From Burkholderiales bacterium (GTDB taxonomy: Bacteria > Pseudomonadota > Gammaproteobacteria > Burkholderiales > SHXO01): a stretch of 64,000 nucleotides of DNA. The DNA is taken from the NCBI GenBank assembly GCA_020854105.1, contig JADZGB010000002.1, positions 1,695-65,694 on the forward strand, written 5' to 3'. The first letter of the stretch is position 1. Each line of letters opens with the position of its first letter. Position numbers and translations under genes: made by a program. Positions 1 through 9,350 of this stretch are shown one piece after another. Below the pieces are notes generated by a model that saw nothing but the letters and a program-made list of their open reading frames with translations, made no database searches and was not told the origin of the DNA.

Positions 1-1
1 C

Positions 2-286
2 GCCTCGCGCCATCTCCCCCTGGGCATCCTGCCGGATGCCCGGTTCGACGACGGTTGCACGCGGCTCGACGTCCGGTCGGGCGGACATCTGGTGTTCGTG
101 TCCGATGGCGTGATCGAGGCGGTGGACGCGCTCGGTACCGCCTTCGGCATGGAGCGCGTGCGCACCCAGTTGCTGGGAAGCGACCCGGCTGATGCGATCC
201 CGTGCACCTTGCGAGCGGTGCATTCCCACCTGGGCGATTCTCCCGCCCACGATGACATTTCCATGATGATGCTGGGCCTGCCCTGA
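2..286 (+). CDS. PP2C/SpoIIE-family (RsbU-like) phosphatase, C-terminal fragment; 5' end outside window
   Basis: Frame is open from the window edge to the stop at 284-286. The tail (GHLVFVSDGVIEAVD...FGMERV...HDDISMMMLGL) resembles the conserved C-terminal block of SpoIIE/PP2C phosphatases. Confidence 0.45.
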   Translation, partial: ASRHLPLGILPDARFDDGCTRLDVRSGGHLVFVSDGVIEAVDALGTAFGMERVRTQLLGSDPADAIPCTLRAVHSHLGDSPAHDDISMMMLGLP

Positions 287-357
287 GGTCGTTCCGCGTA
301 CTCGTGTTGCATCGCAATAAACGCACGCAACTGCCCGGAAACCCGCATGGAAACTTG

Positions 358-388
358 TTGACAACGATATGCCGCTTCTTTATCGTTG
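358..388 (+). promoter_or_regulatory. Candidate sigma70 promoter TTGACA-17bp-TATCGT overlapped by inverted repeat CAACGATA-N11-TATCGTTG
   Basis: TTGACA at 358-363, TATCGT at 381-386; palindrome arms at 362-369 and 381-388. All read directly from the sequence, about 130 nt upstream of the PQQ dehydrogenase ATG. Confidence 0.35.
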
Positions 389-518
389 CCCACGCTGTGA
401 CTAGCAGCAGGTCCATCGGATTTTTCCGACGTACTTCAGCAGGCAACAATCAATAACCGGTGTCGAGCGTGAGAAACTCACAAGTCACGCGAGACGCCCA
501 ACCGGGAGGTGCTCCTCA

Positions 519-2261
519 ATGGTGAAGCTGTCGCTCAAGAATGCGGCGTTGACCGTCGCCGCCGCAGCGGCGTTCGGTGCTTCAGCACAGGCGTTCGCGC
601 AGGGTTTGGATTCGGCCGAGTCTAAGCTGTTTCCACGCTACGTGACGGACGACATGCTGCTGAATGCCGACAAGGACACGCAGAACTGGCTGCATTACAG
701 CAAGGACTATGAGTCCACCCGCTATAGCGGTGCCAAGCAGATCAACAAGGACAACATCAAGAAGCTCAAGCCGGTCTGGAACCTTTCCTTCGGTGTGCTG
801 GAAGGTCAGGACAGCCAGGCCGTGGTCGTGAACGGCATGATCTACGTCACCACCTCGTTCAACCGCGTCATCGCGGTCGAAGCGGTGAGCGGCAAGATCG
901 TCTGGAAGTACGAGCGCGAGCTGCCCGGCGACGTGTTCCCGAAGCTGTGCTGTGACGTGGTGAACCGCGGCGTTGCCGTCTACAAGAACAAGGTCTACCT
1001 GGCGACCCTCGACGCACACGTCGTCGCGCTCGACAACGCGACCGGCAAGGTGGTGTGGGACAAGAAGCACGGCGACTACACGTACGCCGAGACCTTCACC
1101 CTGATGCCGATGGCCCTGCGCAACAAGATCATCATCGGTACCGCAGGTGCCGAGTACGGCGTGCGCGGCTGGATCAAGGCGCTGAATGCCGATACCGGCG
1201 AGATGGTGTGGCAGACCTACACCATTCCCGGCCCCGGCGAGCCCGGCAACGAGACCTGGCCCGGCGAGTCGTGGAAGTACGGCGGCGGCTCCGCGTGGAT
1301 CACGGGTTCCTACGACAAGGCCAACAACACGCTGTACTGGCCCGTCGGCAACCCCGGCCCCGACTTCGATCGTCACGTTCGCGTTGGAGACAACCTGTAC
1401 TCCAACAGCAACCTGGCGATGGATCCGGACACCGGCAAGATCAAGAGCTATTTCCAGTACACGCCCAACGATCCGTACGATTACGACGGCGTGAACGAAA
1501 TGATCCTGGTCGACGTCGGCGGCAAGAAGCTGTGGCTGCACGGTTCGCGTAACGGCCATCTCTACGGCATCGATCGCGTCAACACCAAGAAGACCGCCTA
1601 CGGTCAGGAACACGTCTGCGTGTGGGCAACCGCAATGCAGCGCGTGAACTGGACCAAGCCCATCACTCCGGCCAACAACTGCAAGCCGATCTACAACTGG
1701 CCCGAGAAGGACGTGGTGTACGACAAGGTGACCACCGATATCGCTCCGTCCCTGGACGGCGGTAAAGAGTGGCACCCGATGGCGTACAGTCACCGCACCA
1801 AGATGGTCTACGTCCCCGTGTACGACTTCGCGATGGATCTCCAGGCCAAGAAGATGGAGTGGAAGCGCGGTGAGTGGTACCTCGGTGCGAAGGTCATCAA
1901 CTTCAACGCCGGCGCGGGTGCCATCAAGGCCTTCGACGCGGCCACCGGCAAACTGGTGTGGATGAAGTCCCAGTCCTACCCGGCCACCAGCGGCATGCTG
2001 GCCACCGCCGGCGGCCTGGTGTTCTACGGCGATCCGGAAGGCTACTTCAACGCGGTCGACGACGAAACCGGCGAACACCTCTGGTCCTTCCAGACCGGTT
2101 CCGGCGTACACGGCAACCCGACCACCTACACCGTCGACGGCAAGCAATACGTGTCGATCGTGTACGGTGCGGGCGGCGGCGGTATCTGGCCGCTGTACTT
2201 CGCCGACTGGCTCAAGACCAACACCAAGGGCGGCGGCCTGATGGTGTTCGCGGTCGAGTGA
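519..2261 (+). CDS. PQQ-dependent methanol/ethanol-family dehydrogenase (type I quinoprotein ADH, PedH/ExaA/XoxF-like)
   Basis: 580 aa with Sec signal (..ASAQAFAQ). Vicinal Cys-Cys ring KLCCDVVNRG, AEYGVRGW block, NDPYDYDGVNE block, and propeller W-motifs throughout. Confidence 0.93.
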   Translation: MVKLSLKNAALTVAAAAAFGASAQAFAQGLDSAESKLFPRYVTDDMLLNADKDTQNWLHYSKDYESTRYSGAKQINKDNIKKLKPVWNLSFGVLEGQDSQAVVVNGMIYVTTSFNRVIAVEAVSGKIVWKYERELPGDVFPKLCCDVVNRGVAVYKNKVYLATLDAHVVALDNATGKVVWDKKHGDYTYAETFTLMPMALRNKIIIGTAGAEYGVRGWIKALNADTGEMVWQTYTIPGPGEPGNETWPGESWKYGGGSAWITGSYDKANNTLYWPVGNPGPDFDRHVRVGDNLYSNSNLAMDPDTGKIKSYFQYTPNDPYDYDGVNEMILVDVGGKKLWLHGSRNGHLYGIDRVNTKKTAYGQEHVCVWATAMQRVNWTKPITPANNCKPIYNWPEKDVVYDKVTTDIAPSLDGGKEWHPMAYSHRTKMVYVPVYDFAMDLQAKKMEWKRGEWYLGAKVINFNAGAGAIKAFDAATGKLVWMKSQSYPATSGMLATAGGLVFYGDPEGYFNAVDDETGEHLWSFQTGSGVHGNPTTYTVDGKQYVSIVYGAGGGGIWPLYFADWLKTNTKGGGLMVFAVE

Positions 2262-2296
2262 TTGGCGGACGCAACACGTAGTACGATCAGTTGATC

Positions 2297-2330
2297 GGAA
2301 GGGAGGGCTTCGGCCCTCCCTTCGCATTTC
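2297..2330 (+). terminator. GC-rich hairpin (attenuator/terminator) between dehydrogenase and moxJ-like gene
   Basis: Hairpin ggaagggagggc-ttcg-gccctcccttc, followed by gcatttc. Confidence 0.5.
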
Positions 2331-2421
2331 AGGGAGTCAGTCTCGGTCGGTGTAAAAAATCGGGTACCATCTTCGCCACGAAAGGGGATCCGACAGATAC
2401 ATTCGACAGGCAAGGAGCAGT

Positions 2422-3264
2422 ATGAAGCTGTGGAAATCATCAGTCCTGGCACTCGCCCTCGGTCTCGCTGCCATCGGCGCCCGGGCCCAGAGTACCGTGG
2501 AGATCACCGATACCCTGGAGCGGTCCAAGGCCAAGGGCGTCATCTTCGGCTGCGCGTTTCCCTATACCTTCCCGTCAGCGCAGGTGAATTCGAATCCCCC
2601 GGGGTACGACGTCGAGATTCTGCGGGAGCTCGCCAAGCGCGGCGGCATGCAGATCGAGATGCATTGGGTCAACGTACGTTCGCGCGCCAGCGTGCAGCGC
2701 GCCTATCGCGAGTCGATTCTGGCCAAGCGCTGCGACGTCTTCCTCAACTTGGGCGATAGCGGGGAAGAGGACGATGCGACCGGCATGGACCAGATGGCCT
2801 TCACCAAACCCCACATGAGTCAGGCCTACGTGCTGGCGGTCCAGGGCAAGGCGGAGGGAATGAAGTCGATCGAGGAGGTGCACCAGGCCGGGGTCAAGAT
2901 CGGTGTGAACATGTCCACCCCGGCGGATGGATGGCTGTTCGACGCGGGCATCCCGCGCACGCTCTACTTCGGCGAGGAGCGCATGATGAAGGCCATGGCC
3001 GAGGGCGAGATCGATGCTGCGCTGATGTGGTCGCCGTCCTTCGGGGCCGCGAAGCGAACGTTCCCCAATGCGAAATTCCATCTCGTGGAGGGGTATCAGC
3101 CTCTGCCCGAGCACCGCTACAACACCCGCTTCGGCGTCCGCAAGGCCGACGAAACGCTGCTCAAGTTCCTGAATGAAGGCATCGACGAGCTGACCGTCAA
3201 CGGAACGATCGAGCGGATCGTTGAAAGCTACCATGTACCCTACTATGCACCGATATCCAAATAA
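2422..3264 (+). CDS. Quinoprotein-dehydrogenase-associated periplasmic substrate-binding protein (MoxJ/XoxJ-like, SBP family 3)
   Basis: 280 aa with signal peptide and a family-3 solute-binding-like sequence. Sits between the PQQ dehydrogenase and its cytochrome c, as in mox/xox/ped clusters. Confidence 0.75.
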   Translation: MKLWKSSVLALALGLAAIGARAQSTVEITDTLERSKAKGVIFGCAFPYTFPSAQVNSNPPGYDVEILRELAKRGGMQIEMHWVNVRSRASVQRAYRESILAKRCDVFLNLGDSGEEDDATGMDQMAFTKPHMSQAYVLAVQGKAEGMKSIEEVHQAGVKIGVNMSTPADGWLFDAGIPRTLYFGEERMMKAMAEGEIDAALMWSPSFGAAKRTFPNAKFHLVEGYQPLPEHRYNTRFGVRKADETLLKFLNEGIDELTVNGTIERIVESYHVPYYAPISK

Positions 3265-3293
3265 GCAGTCAAGTCCGAGGAGGAAGTAACGAC

Positions 3294-3752
3294 ATGTTGC
3301 ACGCTGTTTCTGGTCGCCTTTCGCGGGTTCTCGCGGTGCTGGCCCTGGCCGCGACCTTCGCTCTGGGGTTGATGGTCTTCCCGGCCTCCGCGCAGGCGCA
3401 ACACAAGATGAACGAGACGGATATGGAACTGCCCATCGACGATGCGGCAGTCGTCGAGCTGGGCAAAGAGAAGTTCGCCCAGCGCTGTTCCTTCTGCCAC
3501 GGCGGTGGCGGCAAGGGCGGCAAGGGGCCCTGTCTCACCTGCGGCAGATTCCCGTATTCGGGCAACACCAATACGGGCATCTACACCGTGATCGCGGTCG
3601 GCATCAGCAACCGCTCCATGGGCGGCACGATGGGCGCATTCGGCACGACGATGAGCGCGGAGGAGATCACTGCCGTGGTGACCTACATGCGTGCGGAAGA
3701 ACGTCGCCGCATCGCTGCGGGCGAGATCCCCGATCCGAGCAGGCCGCAGTAA
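3294..3752 (+). CDS. Cytochrome c550, four-Cys PedF/ExaB-type electron acceptor of quinoprotein ADH
   Basis: 152 aa with signal peptide. Haem motif CSFCH followed by a second Cys pair (PCLTCG). Confidence 0.8.
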   Translation: MLHAVSGRLSRVLAVLALAATFALGLMVFPASAQAQHKMNETDMELPIDDAAVVELGKEKFAQRCSFCHGGGGKGGKGPCLTCGRFPYSGNTNTGIYTVIAVGISNRSMGGTMGAFGTTMSAEEITAVVTYMRAEERRRIAAGEIPDPSRPQ

Positions 3753-3773
3753 GCCCTCTGCGCAGGTGGGAGC

Positions 3774-3798
3774 AAGGCCGGCTTTTGCCGGCCTTTTC
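3774..3798. terminator. Bidirectional hairpin terminator between the cytochrome gene (+) and dut (-)
   Basis: Hairpin aaggccggc-tttt-gccggcctt followed by a T-run. Confidence 0.6.
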
Positions 3799-3822
3799 CT
3801 TTGGTGCGTCCGGCAGGGCGGC

Positions 3823-4275
3823 TCAGTGCTTGCCGGTGCTGCCGAAACCGCCGGCACCACGTTCGCTCGCCTCGAAGCCGTCCACCCGGTTGAAGCGCAC
3901 CTGCACGACCGGCACGACCACCAGCTGCGCAATCCGCTCCATCGGTTCGAGCGTGAAGCGCACGGCCCCCCGATTCCACACCGAGACCATGATCTGCCCC
4001 TGGTAGTCCGAGTCGATCAGGCCGACCAGATTTCCGAGAACGATGCCGTGCCGGTGCCCCAACCCGGAGCGGGGTAGGATCATCGCGGCCAGCCCAGGAT
4101 CGCGCAGGTGGATGGCGATGCCGGTCGGGACGAGATGGGTCGTGCCAGGGGCGAGATTCAGGGGCGCATCCAGGCAGGCGCGCAGATCCATGCCGGCGGC
4201 ACCGTCCGTCGCGTAGGCAGGAGGCAGTTCGGCGATCCGCGGATCGAGTATCTGCAGGTCGACGCTGTAGGTCAT
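3823..4275 (-). CDS. dut: dUTP diphosphatase
   Basis: 150 aa; motifs [33 protein letters not shown]. Confidence 0.97.
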   Translation of the reverse strand: MTYSVDLQILDPRIAELPPAYATDGAAGMDLRACLDAPLNLAPGTTHLVPTGIAIHLRDPGLAAMILPRSGLGHRHGIVLGNLVGLIDSDYQGQIMVSVWNRGAVRFTLEPMERIAQLVVVPVVQVRFNRVDGFEASERGAGGFGSTGKH

Positions 4276-4397
4276 GGCGTGTTCCGGGGAGTCATGGCGT
4301 GCTCCGGTTCATGGCGAGTTTCAGTTCACGGGGTATGTCGAGTCATGCCGGGTATCGGACGCCAGCCTTGCATCCCCACTGCGGACGGTCAGTGCGA

Positions 4398-5600
4398 TCA
4401 GGCTCGCGCCCGGTACAGCGCTGCGATGTGCCGGACCAGTGCGCGTGCCTGCTCGATCTTGGGGCCGCGCGGAATCGCGTGCCGCCCGTTGTCATCGAAC
4501 AGGATGAGGGCATTGTCCTCGGCCCCGATGGCCTCCTGTGCGACATTCGCGGCGAGCAAGGGAAGGTGCTTGCGCGCACGCTTCTCCTTCGCGTATCGCT
4601 CGAGATCGTGGCTCTCCGCCGCGAATCCCACACAGAAGGGGGCAGCAGGGCGTGAAGACACGGCCTGCAGGATATCCACGGTCGGTTCCAGTTCCAGAGT
4701 GAGCGGCTGATCGCCCTTCTTGATCTTGCGCACCGAGGCCTGGCGCACCCGGTAATCGGCGACGGCGGCCACCGCGACGAAGATCTGTGCGCTTGCCACG
4801 TGTGCCTGCACTGCCTCGAGCATGTCCTGAGCGGAGACGGCTGGAATCAGCTGCACCCCGAAGGGAGGCGTCAACGCGGTCGGGCCGGTCACGAGCGTCA
4901 CCTGCGCTCCGGCTTCCAGGGCGGCCTGTGCCACTGCATACCCCATGCGGCCGGAGCTGCGGTTGGTGATGCCGCGCACCGGATCGATCGCCTCGAAGGT
5001 GGGTCCTGCCGTCACCAGCACACGAACATCCTGCAGCACCTTGGGACGCAGGAAGGCGGAGATGTGGGCCGCGAGCGTCTCGGGTTCGAGCATTCTGCCC
5101 TCGCCGACCTCGCCGCAAGCCTGGTCGCCGCTCGCCGGGCCGAGGATGGTCACGCCATCGCTGCGCAGCTGCGCGAGGTTGCGCCGGGTGGCGACGTTCT
5201 CCCACATCTGCCGATTCATCGCGGGCGCGAGCAGCAGCGGGCACTCGCGCGCCAGACACAGCGTGGAGAGCAGATCGTCGGCGAGCCCGAGTGCGACCTT
5301 GGCCATGAAGTCGGCACTGGCAGGCGCGACCACGATCAGGTCGCGATCGCGCGAGAGTTCGATGTGCCCCATCGCGTTGTCGATGGATCGATCCCACAGG
5401 TCGCCGGCAACCGGCTGCCCGGACAGCGCCTGCATCGTCACCGGGCCGATGAATCGGGTGGCTGCCTCCGTCATGACCACGCGCACATCGGCCCCGCTGC
5501 GGATCAGCAGCCGGCATAGCTCTGCCGCCTTGTACGCGGAGACCCCGCCGGTCAGGCCGAGCAGGATGCGGGGAGGGGAAGCGGGCATCGTCGAAAGCAC
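4398..5600 (-). CDS. coaBC: Bifunctional phosphopantothenoylcysteine decarboxylase / phosphopantothenate-cysteine ligase
   Basis: 400 aa. N-terminal flavoprotein block ILLGLTGGVSAYKA; C-terminal TAGPTFEAIDPVRGITNRSSGRMG. Confidence 0.96.
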   Translation of the reverse strand: MLSTMPASPPRILLGLTGGVSAYKAAELCRLLIRSGADVRVVMTEAATRFIGPVTMQALSGQPVAGDLWDRSIDNAMGHIELSRDRDLIVVAPASADFMAKVALGLADDLLSTLCLARECPLLLAPAMNRQMWENVATRRNLAQLRSDGVTILGPASGDQACGEVGEGRMLEPETLAAHISAFLRPKVLQDVRVLVTAGPTFEAIDPVRGITNRSSGRMGYAVAQAALEAGAQVTLVTGPTALTPPFGVQLIPAVSAQDMLEAVQAHVASAQIFVAVAAVADYRVRQASVRKIKKGDQPLTLELEPTVDILQAVSSRPAAPFCVGFAAESHDLERYAKEKRARKHLPLLAANVAQEAIGAEDNALILFDDNGRHAIPRGPKIEQARALVRHIAALYRARA

Positions 5601-5655
5601 GTGGTGAATGCGGGCACTAAGTGTAATATAGCGCGGCCTTCGGGAAATTTATGAC

Positions 5656-6330
5656 ATGCGAATTTCGTCCTGGCCCCAGGAGCAGAAACCCCGTGAGCGC
5701 CTGCTCGCGCTCGGGGCGCAGGCCCTGTCCGACGCCGAACTGATCGCCCTGATCCTGCATACCGGCATGCGCGGCAAGAGCGCCGTGGAACTCGCGCAGG
5801 AGGTGCTCGCGCACGCCGGCGGCCTGGCGCGCCTGCTCGAGTGCGATCCCGGCCGTCTGCAGGAGGTCCCCGGACTCGGGCCGGCCAAGGCCGCACAACT
5901 GGTGGCAGTGACCTCGATCGTGCAGCGCGCGCTGTCCGAGCGCATGCGCAATCGCGACCACCTGTGCTCACCGGCTGCCGTGCGCGACTATCTGCGCCTG
6001 AACCTCGCCGGCCGCGCGCGCGAGGTGTTCGTCGTGCTCTACCTCGATGCGCAGAACCGCGTCATCGCCTTCGAGGAATTGTTCGCCGGTACACTCACGC
6101 AGACCAGCGTCTTCCCGCGCGAAGTGGTGCGCTATGCCTTGCTTCACAATGCGGCGGCTGCGATCTTCGCCCACAACCATCCGTCCGGGATCGCCGAGCC
6201 CAGCCGGGCGGACGAACTGCTCACCAGCACCTTGCGCCAGGCCCTCGCGCTGGTGGACGTGAAGGTGCTCGACCACTTCATCGTGGGCAGCGACAGCGCG
6301 CTGTCCTTCGCCGAGCGCGGGCTACTCTAG
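5656..6330 (+). CDS. radC: RadC-family JAMM-domain protein
   Basis: 224 aa; HNHPSG JAMM motif. Divergent from coaBC, the classic arrangement. Confidence 0.92.
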   Translation: MRISSWPQEQKPRERLLALGAQALSDAELIALILHTGMRGKSAVELAQEVLAHAGGLARLLECDPGRLQEVPGLGPAKAAQLVAVTSIVQRALSERMRNRDHLCSPAAVRDYLRLNLAGRAREVFVVLYLDAQNRVIAFEELFAGTLTQTSVFPREVVRYALLHNAAAAIFAHNHPSGIAEPSRADELLTSTLRQALALVDVKVLDHFIVGSDSALSFAERGLL

Positions 6331-6392
6331 GGAGGCGGCGGCTGCCTGGCCCAGTCGCTCGAGGACCGTCTGCAGCTGCTTCATCGTTGGGC

Positions 6393-7016
6393 TCAGCTTC
6401 CGCCGGGCGGCGGCAATGCCTGTCGCGTCGCCGCGGTCGCGGCCTGGATGAGCCCGAGGAGATTGTCGATCTGGTAGTTGGGGATGGTGACGATCTCCTT
6501 GTCCCCGACCCGCAGCACATAGCGGCTGACGCCATCGGGCGCCAAGTCGCCGATCGCGTACTGCGCCAGCGGCTGCGCCTGCGGCGCGCTCCTGGCATAG
6601 ACCAGCACGATCATCTGCGGTGTGGCGACGCCGAACTTGGCCGGCCCCTCGGAGACCGGGATGCGGCGCTCCTTGCGGCTGCGGCCGAAACCGACCAGCG
6701 TCGTGTCGATCTTCTGGGCCAGCGCCGGGTCGGTGGTGTGGCCATGCTGCGGATCGGCTTCGGCGTGCACGCCGTGGTAGAACCAGACGCCTGCCGCATC
6801 ACGTTCGAAGCGATGCAGGCTGCCTTCGTGTACCACCTCTACCGCGCCGAGTTCCGTTGCGGCGGCGGGTACCAGCCAGCGCTCGTCCGCGTCGTCGTCA
6901 CCGGCGTGTCCATCCTGCCCGCCGCTGTCGTCGCCCTGGCGCACGAATAACGCCGCCGCCAGCAGCACCAGCAGCAGACCCCAAACGACCCACAGCCTGC
7001 GCCGCACCGCGCTCAT
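6393..7016 (-). CDS. DUF4340-like membrane-anchored protein, last gene of the GldFG-type ABC operon
   Basis: N-terminal TM anchor (LWVVWGLLLVLLAAALF). ATG at 7016-7014 overlaps the upstream stop (ATGA). Position matches that typical of DUF4340. Confidence 0.6.
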   Translation of the reverse strand: MSAVRRRLWVVWGLLLVLLAAALFVRQGDDSGGQDGHAGDDDADERWLVPAAATELGAVEVVHEGSLHRFERDAAGVWFYHGVHAEADPQHGHTTDPALAQKIDTTLVGFGRSRKERRIPVSEGPAKFGVATPQMIVLVYARSAPQAQPLAQYAIGDLAPDGVSRYVLRVGDKEIVTIPNYQIDNLLGLIQAATAATRQALPPPGGS

Positions 7017-8641
7017 CGCTGTCTGAGCCACACGATGGTGCCAACCAGTGCAAGCAGGGCGGGAATCAGGATCACGGAAAGGAACACCGTACCCTTCATC
7101 TGCGTATTGGTCAGGTTCACGCGCGGCTGATCATAGGTGCGCGGCGAGAATCCGATGAGATTCTCCTGGGCGGCGAGGTAGTTCACCGTGTTCAGGAACA
7201 GCCTGCCATTTCCCATGATGTGGAAGAACGAATTGGTGGCGAAATCCGAATCGCCTACGACCGCTACGCGGGAGGGTTTGAAATCGGCCTTCACCTCCGG
7301 TTCCTGCACCGCGGCGGTGTCATCTCCGCGCAGCCTGCGCTCCAGCACGGCCTGAGCGGGTTCCACGAACTCCGGCCGCCGATTCCCCGCCACCATCAAT
7401 GTGAGAGGGCCGGTCTGCGCTTGATCGAAGTCCACCCGCTCGGGGCTGCGCCCGCCAAAGCTCTGCTTGGAGGAGTTGATCAGCGGGCGGACCGAACTTC
7501 CCGGCACGCGCTCGGGCGTCGGTGAAAGTGATCGCACGCCGGGGAAGAAGGTGAGGGGCAGCTCCTGCGTGACTTCATGGCGGTTGTAGTCCGTGACCGC
7601 AGGGGCCGAGACGTCGGTCCAGAAGTGGCTGGCCTCGTCGATCACCATGTTGTCGTCCAGCACGACACCGTACTTCAGCAGCACGGGTTGCAGCCCGCTG
7701 TCGACGAAGGGGTCGAGCATGAACAGGGCGTTGCCGCCGCCTTTCAGATAGCGATCTATGGCCTGGATCTCGCTCGCGAGCAGCGGCACCTTCGGTCCGG
7801 CCACCACCAGCACGGCACAGGGAGTGAGATCCGCGCCGCCCTTGAGCAGCGCGACCTTCTCGACCACGTAGTTGAGCGCCTCCAGCCCATGGCGCGCCTT
7901 GGCGATGCCGTGCCGCTCGTGCTGGACGAGCTTCTGTCCGATGCCGTGGCTGTGGCCGGCATCGCCCTCGGTGTGATCGTGCGATTCCAGGCTGAACGGA
8001 TCGGCCTCCCCGTGTCCATCGAGGAAGCAGACTTTCTGCTGCTGGCCCTGGCTGATGCGCAGGATGCCGTTGGCGATATCGGTCTCGGTCGGTCCGTGGA
8101 TGCGCATCCTGCGCCCCTCGCTCTCCATCAGCGCGGTGCCGGCGTACTCGACCCCCAGCAGGCGCGCCTGTGCAGGATTGAGCATCGGATCGATGAACTG
8201 GACGGTCAGCATGTCCGTCTCGGAATCCATCAGCTTGTACAGCTCCACGGTCTCGCGCATCGCCGGATCGTGGAAGAAGGTGACGCGCACGGGCCGTTCG
8301 AGGCGATGCAGCATCTGCGTCGTCTGCGGAGAGAGCGAGTAGCGGCCCGCGCTGGTCATGTCCACGCGCACGGGGTAGCGCATCGACAGGTAGCCGAGGA
8401 CGCACAGCACGGCAACCGCGCCCATGGTGAACAGCGCGATCTCCCCGCGCCGGCCCTGGACAATGCCGACGAGTTCGTCGCGCATGCGGTAGCCGCCCCA
8501 TGCCGCGAGCAGCACCCCGAGCACCGCGAGGACCGACTGCAGCAGAAGCGTGTCGGGCTTGAGTGCGCGCAGCGTGAAGACGAGTGCCAGGACGGCGATG
8601 CCGCCGATCAGGGTCAAACCGGAGCGGAAGGAGCGGTCCAT
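7013..8641 (-). CDS. GldG-family ABC-transport auxiliary protein
   Basis: 542 aa with N- and C-terminal TM helices flanking a large extracytoplasmic domain. Follows the ABC-2 permease. Confidence 0.75.
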   Translation of the reverse strand: MDRSFRSGLTLIGGIAVLALVFTLRALKPDTLLLQSVLAVLGVLLAAWGGYRMRDELVGIVQGRRGEIALFTMGAVAVLCVLGYLSMRYPVRVDMTSAGRYSLSPQTTQMLHRLERPVRVTFFHDPAMRETVELYKLMDSETDMLTVQFIDPMLNPAQARLLGVEYAGTALMESEGRRMRIHGPTETDIANGILRISQGQQQKVCFLDGHGEADPFSLESHDHTEGDAGHSHGIGQKLVQHERHGIAKARHGLEALNYVVEKVALLKGGADLTPCAVLVVAGPKVPLLASEIQAIDRYLKGGGNALFMLDPFVDSGLQPVLLKYGVVLDDNMVIDEASHFWTDVSAPAVTDYNRHEVTQELPLTFFPGVRSLSPTPERVPGSSVRPLINSSKQSFGGRSPERVDFDQAQTGPLTLMVAGNRRPEFVEPAQAVLERRLRGDDTAAVQEPEVKADFKPSRVAVVGDSDFATNSFFHIMGNGRLFLNTVNYLAAQENLIGFSPRTYDQPRVNLTNTQMKGTVFLSVILIPALLALVGTIVWLRQR

Positions 8642-8642
8642 G

Positions 8643-9350
8643 TCAGCGTCGCCACTGCAGGTAGCTGGTATTGAGCGTCAGCGCGATCGCGACGACGACG
8701 AGATAGAACGCGGCGGCTTCCGAGCGCAGCAGCCCGCGGATGAAATCGCTGAAATGCAGCGAGAACGAGAGATAGCCGAAGAGTTCGCGCATTGCCGGCG
8801 TGTTCTGATAGGCCTGCAGGTGGCCGATGAACCAGAACCCGAGCAGCACCGGGATCGTGATCAGCGCCGCGACGATCTGATTGTGCGTGAGCGACGAGAA
8901 GAACTGTCCGACCGCGAGGCAGGCCATGCCCATCAGAACGAAACCGATGTAGCCGGAGAGGATGGTCTTGGTCTCGGGATTGCCGAACAGGTACAGCGGT
9001 ACCAGATTGATGCCCGTGGCGGCTGTCATCAGCAGGAAGATCGTGACGGCGCCGAGGTACTTGCCCAGCACGATCTCCCAGGGCCTGAGCGGCAGGGTCA
9101 TCAGCAGCTCCATGGTCCGGCCCGTGTACTCGCCGCAGAACAGCCGCATGGTGATCAGGGGAGTCAGCGTGATCAGGAGGATCCCCATGTTCCGGAACGT
9201 CTCGTCCATCGTCCCGATGCCGGTCGAGAAGATGTTGTAGAGGAAGAAATAGCCGGTCCCGAGCAGGAAGACGGCCAACACGAAATAGGCGATAGGCGAG
9301 CGGAAGTACTGGATGAGTTCCTTCCGGTAGATCGCGAGCGTCCCGTTCAC
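8643..9350 (-). CDS. ABC-2 type (GldF-like) transporter permease
   Basis: Polytopic membrane protein. GTG at 9350-9348 overlaps the ATPase stop (GTGA). The longer ORF to 9509 is a non-membrane Arg-rich extension overlapping the ATPase gene. Confidence 0.8.
   Translation of the reverse strand: MNGTLAIYRKELIQYFRSPIAYFVLAVFLLGTGYFFLYNIFSTGIGTMDETFRNMGILLITLTPLITMRLFCGEYTGRTMELLMTLPLRPWEIVLGKYLGAVTIFLLMTAATGINLVPLYLFGNPETKTILSGYIGFVLMGMACLAVGQFFSSLTHNQIVAALITIPVLLGFWFIGHLQAYQNTPAMRELFGYLSFSLHFSDFIRGLLRSEAAAFYLVVVAIALTLNTSYLQWRR

Noticed and set aside
582-2327. 581-aa ORF antisense to the PQQ dehydrogenase gene
   Set aside because: Typical high-GC antisense open frame. Its Arg/Gly/Val/His-rich translation has no motifs, and the plus-strand gene has unambiguous family signatures.
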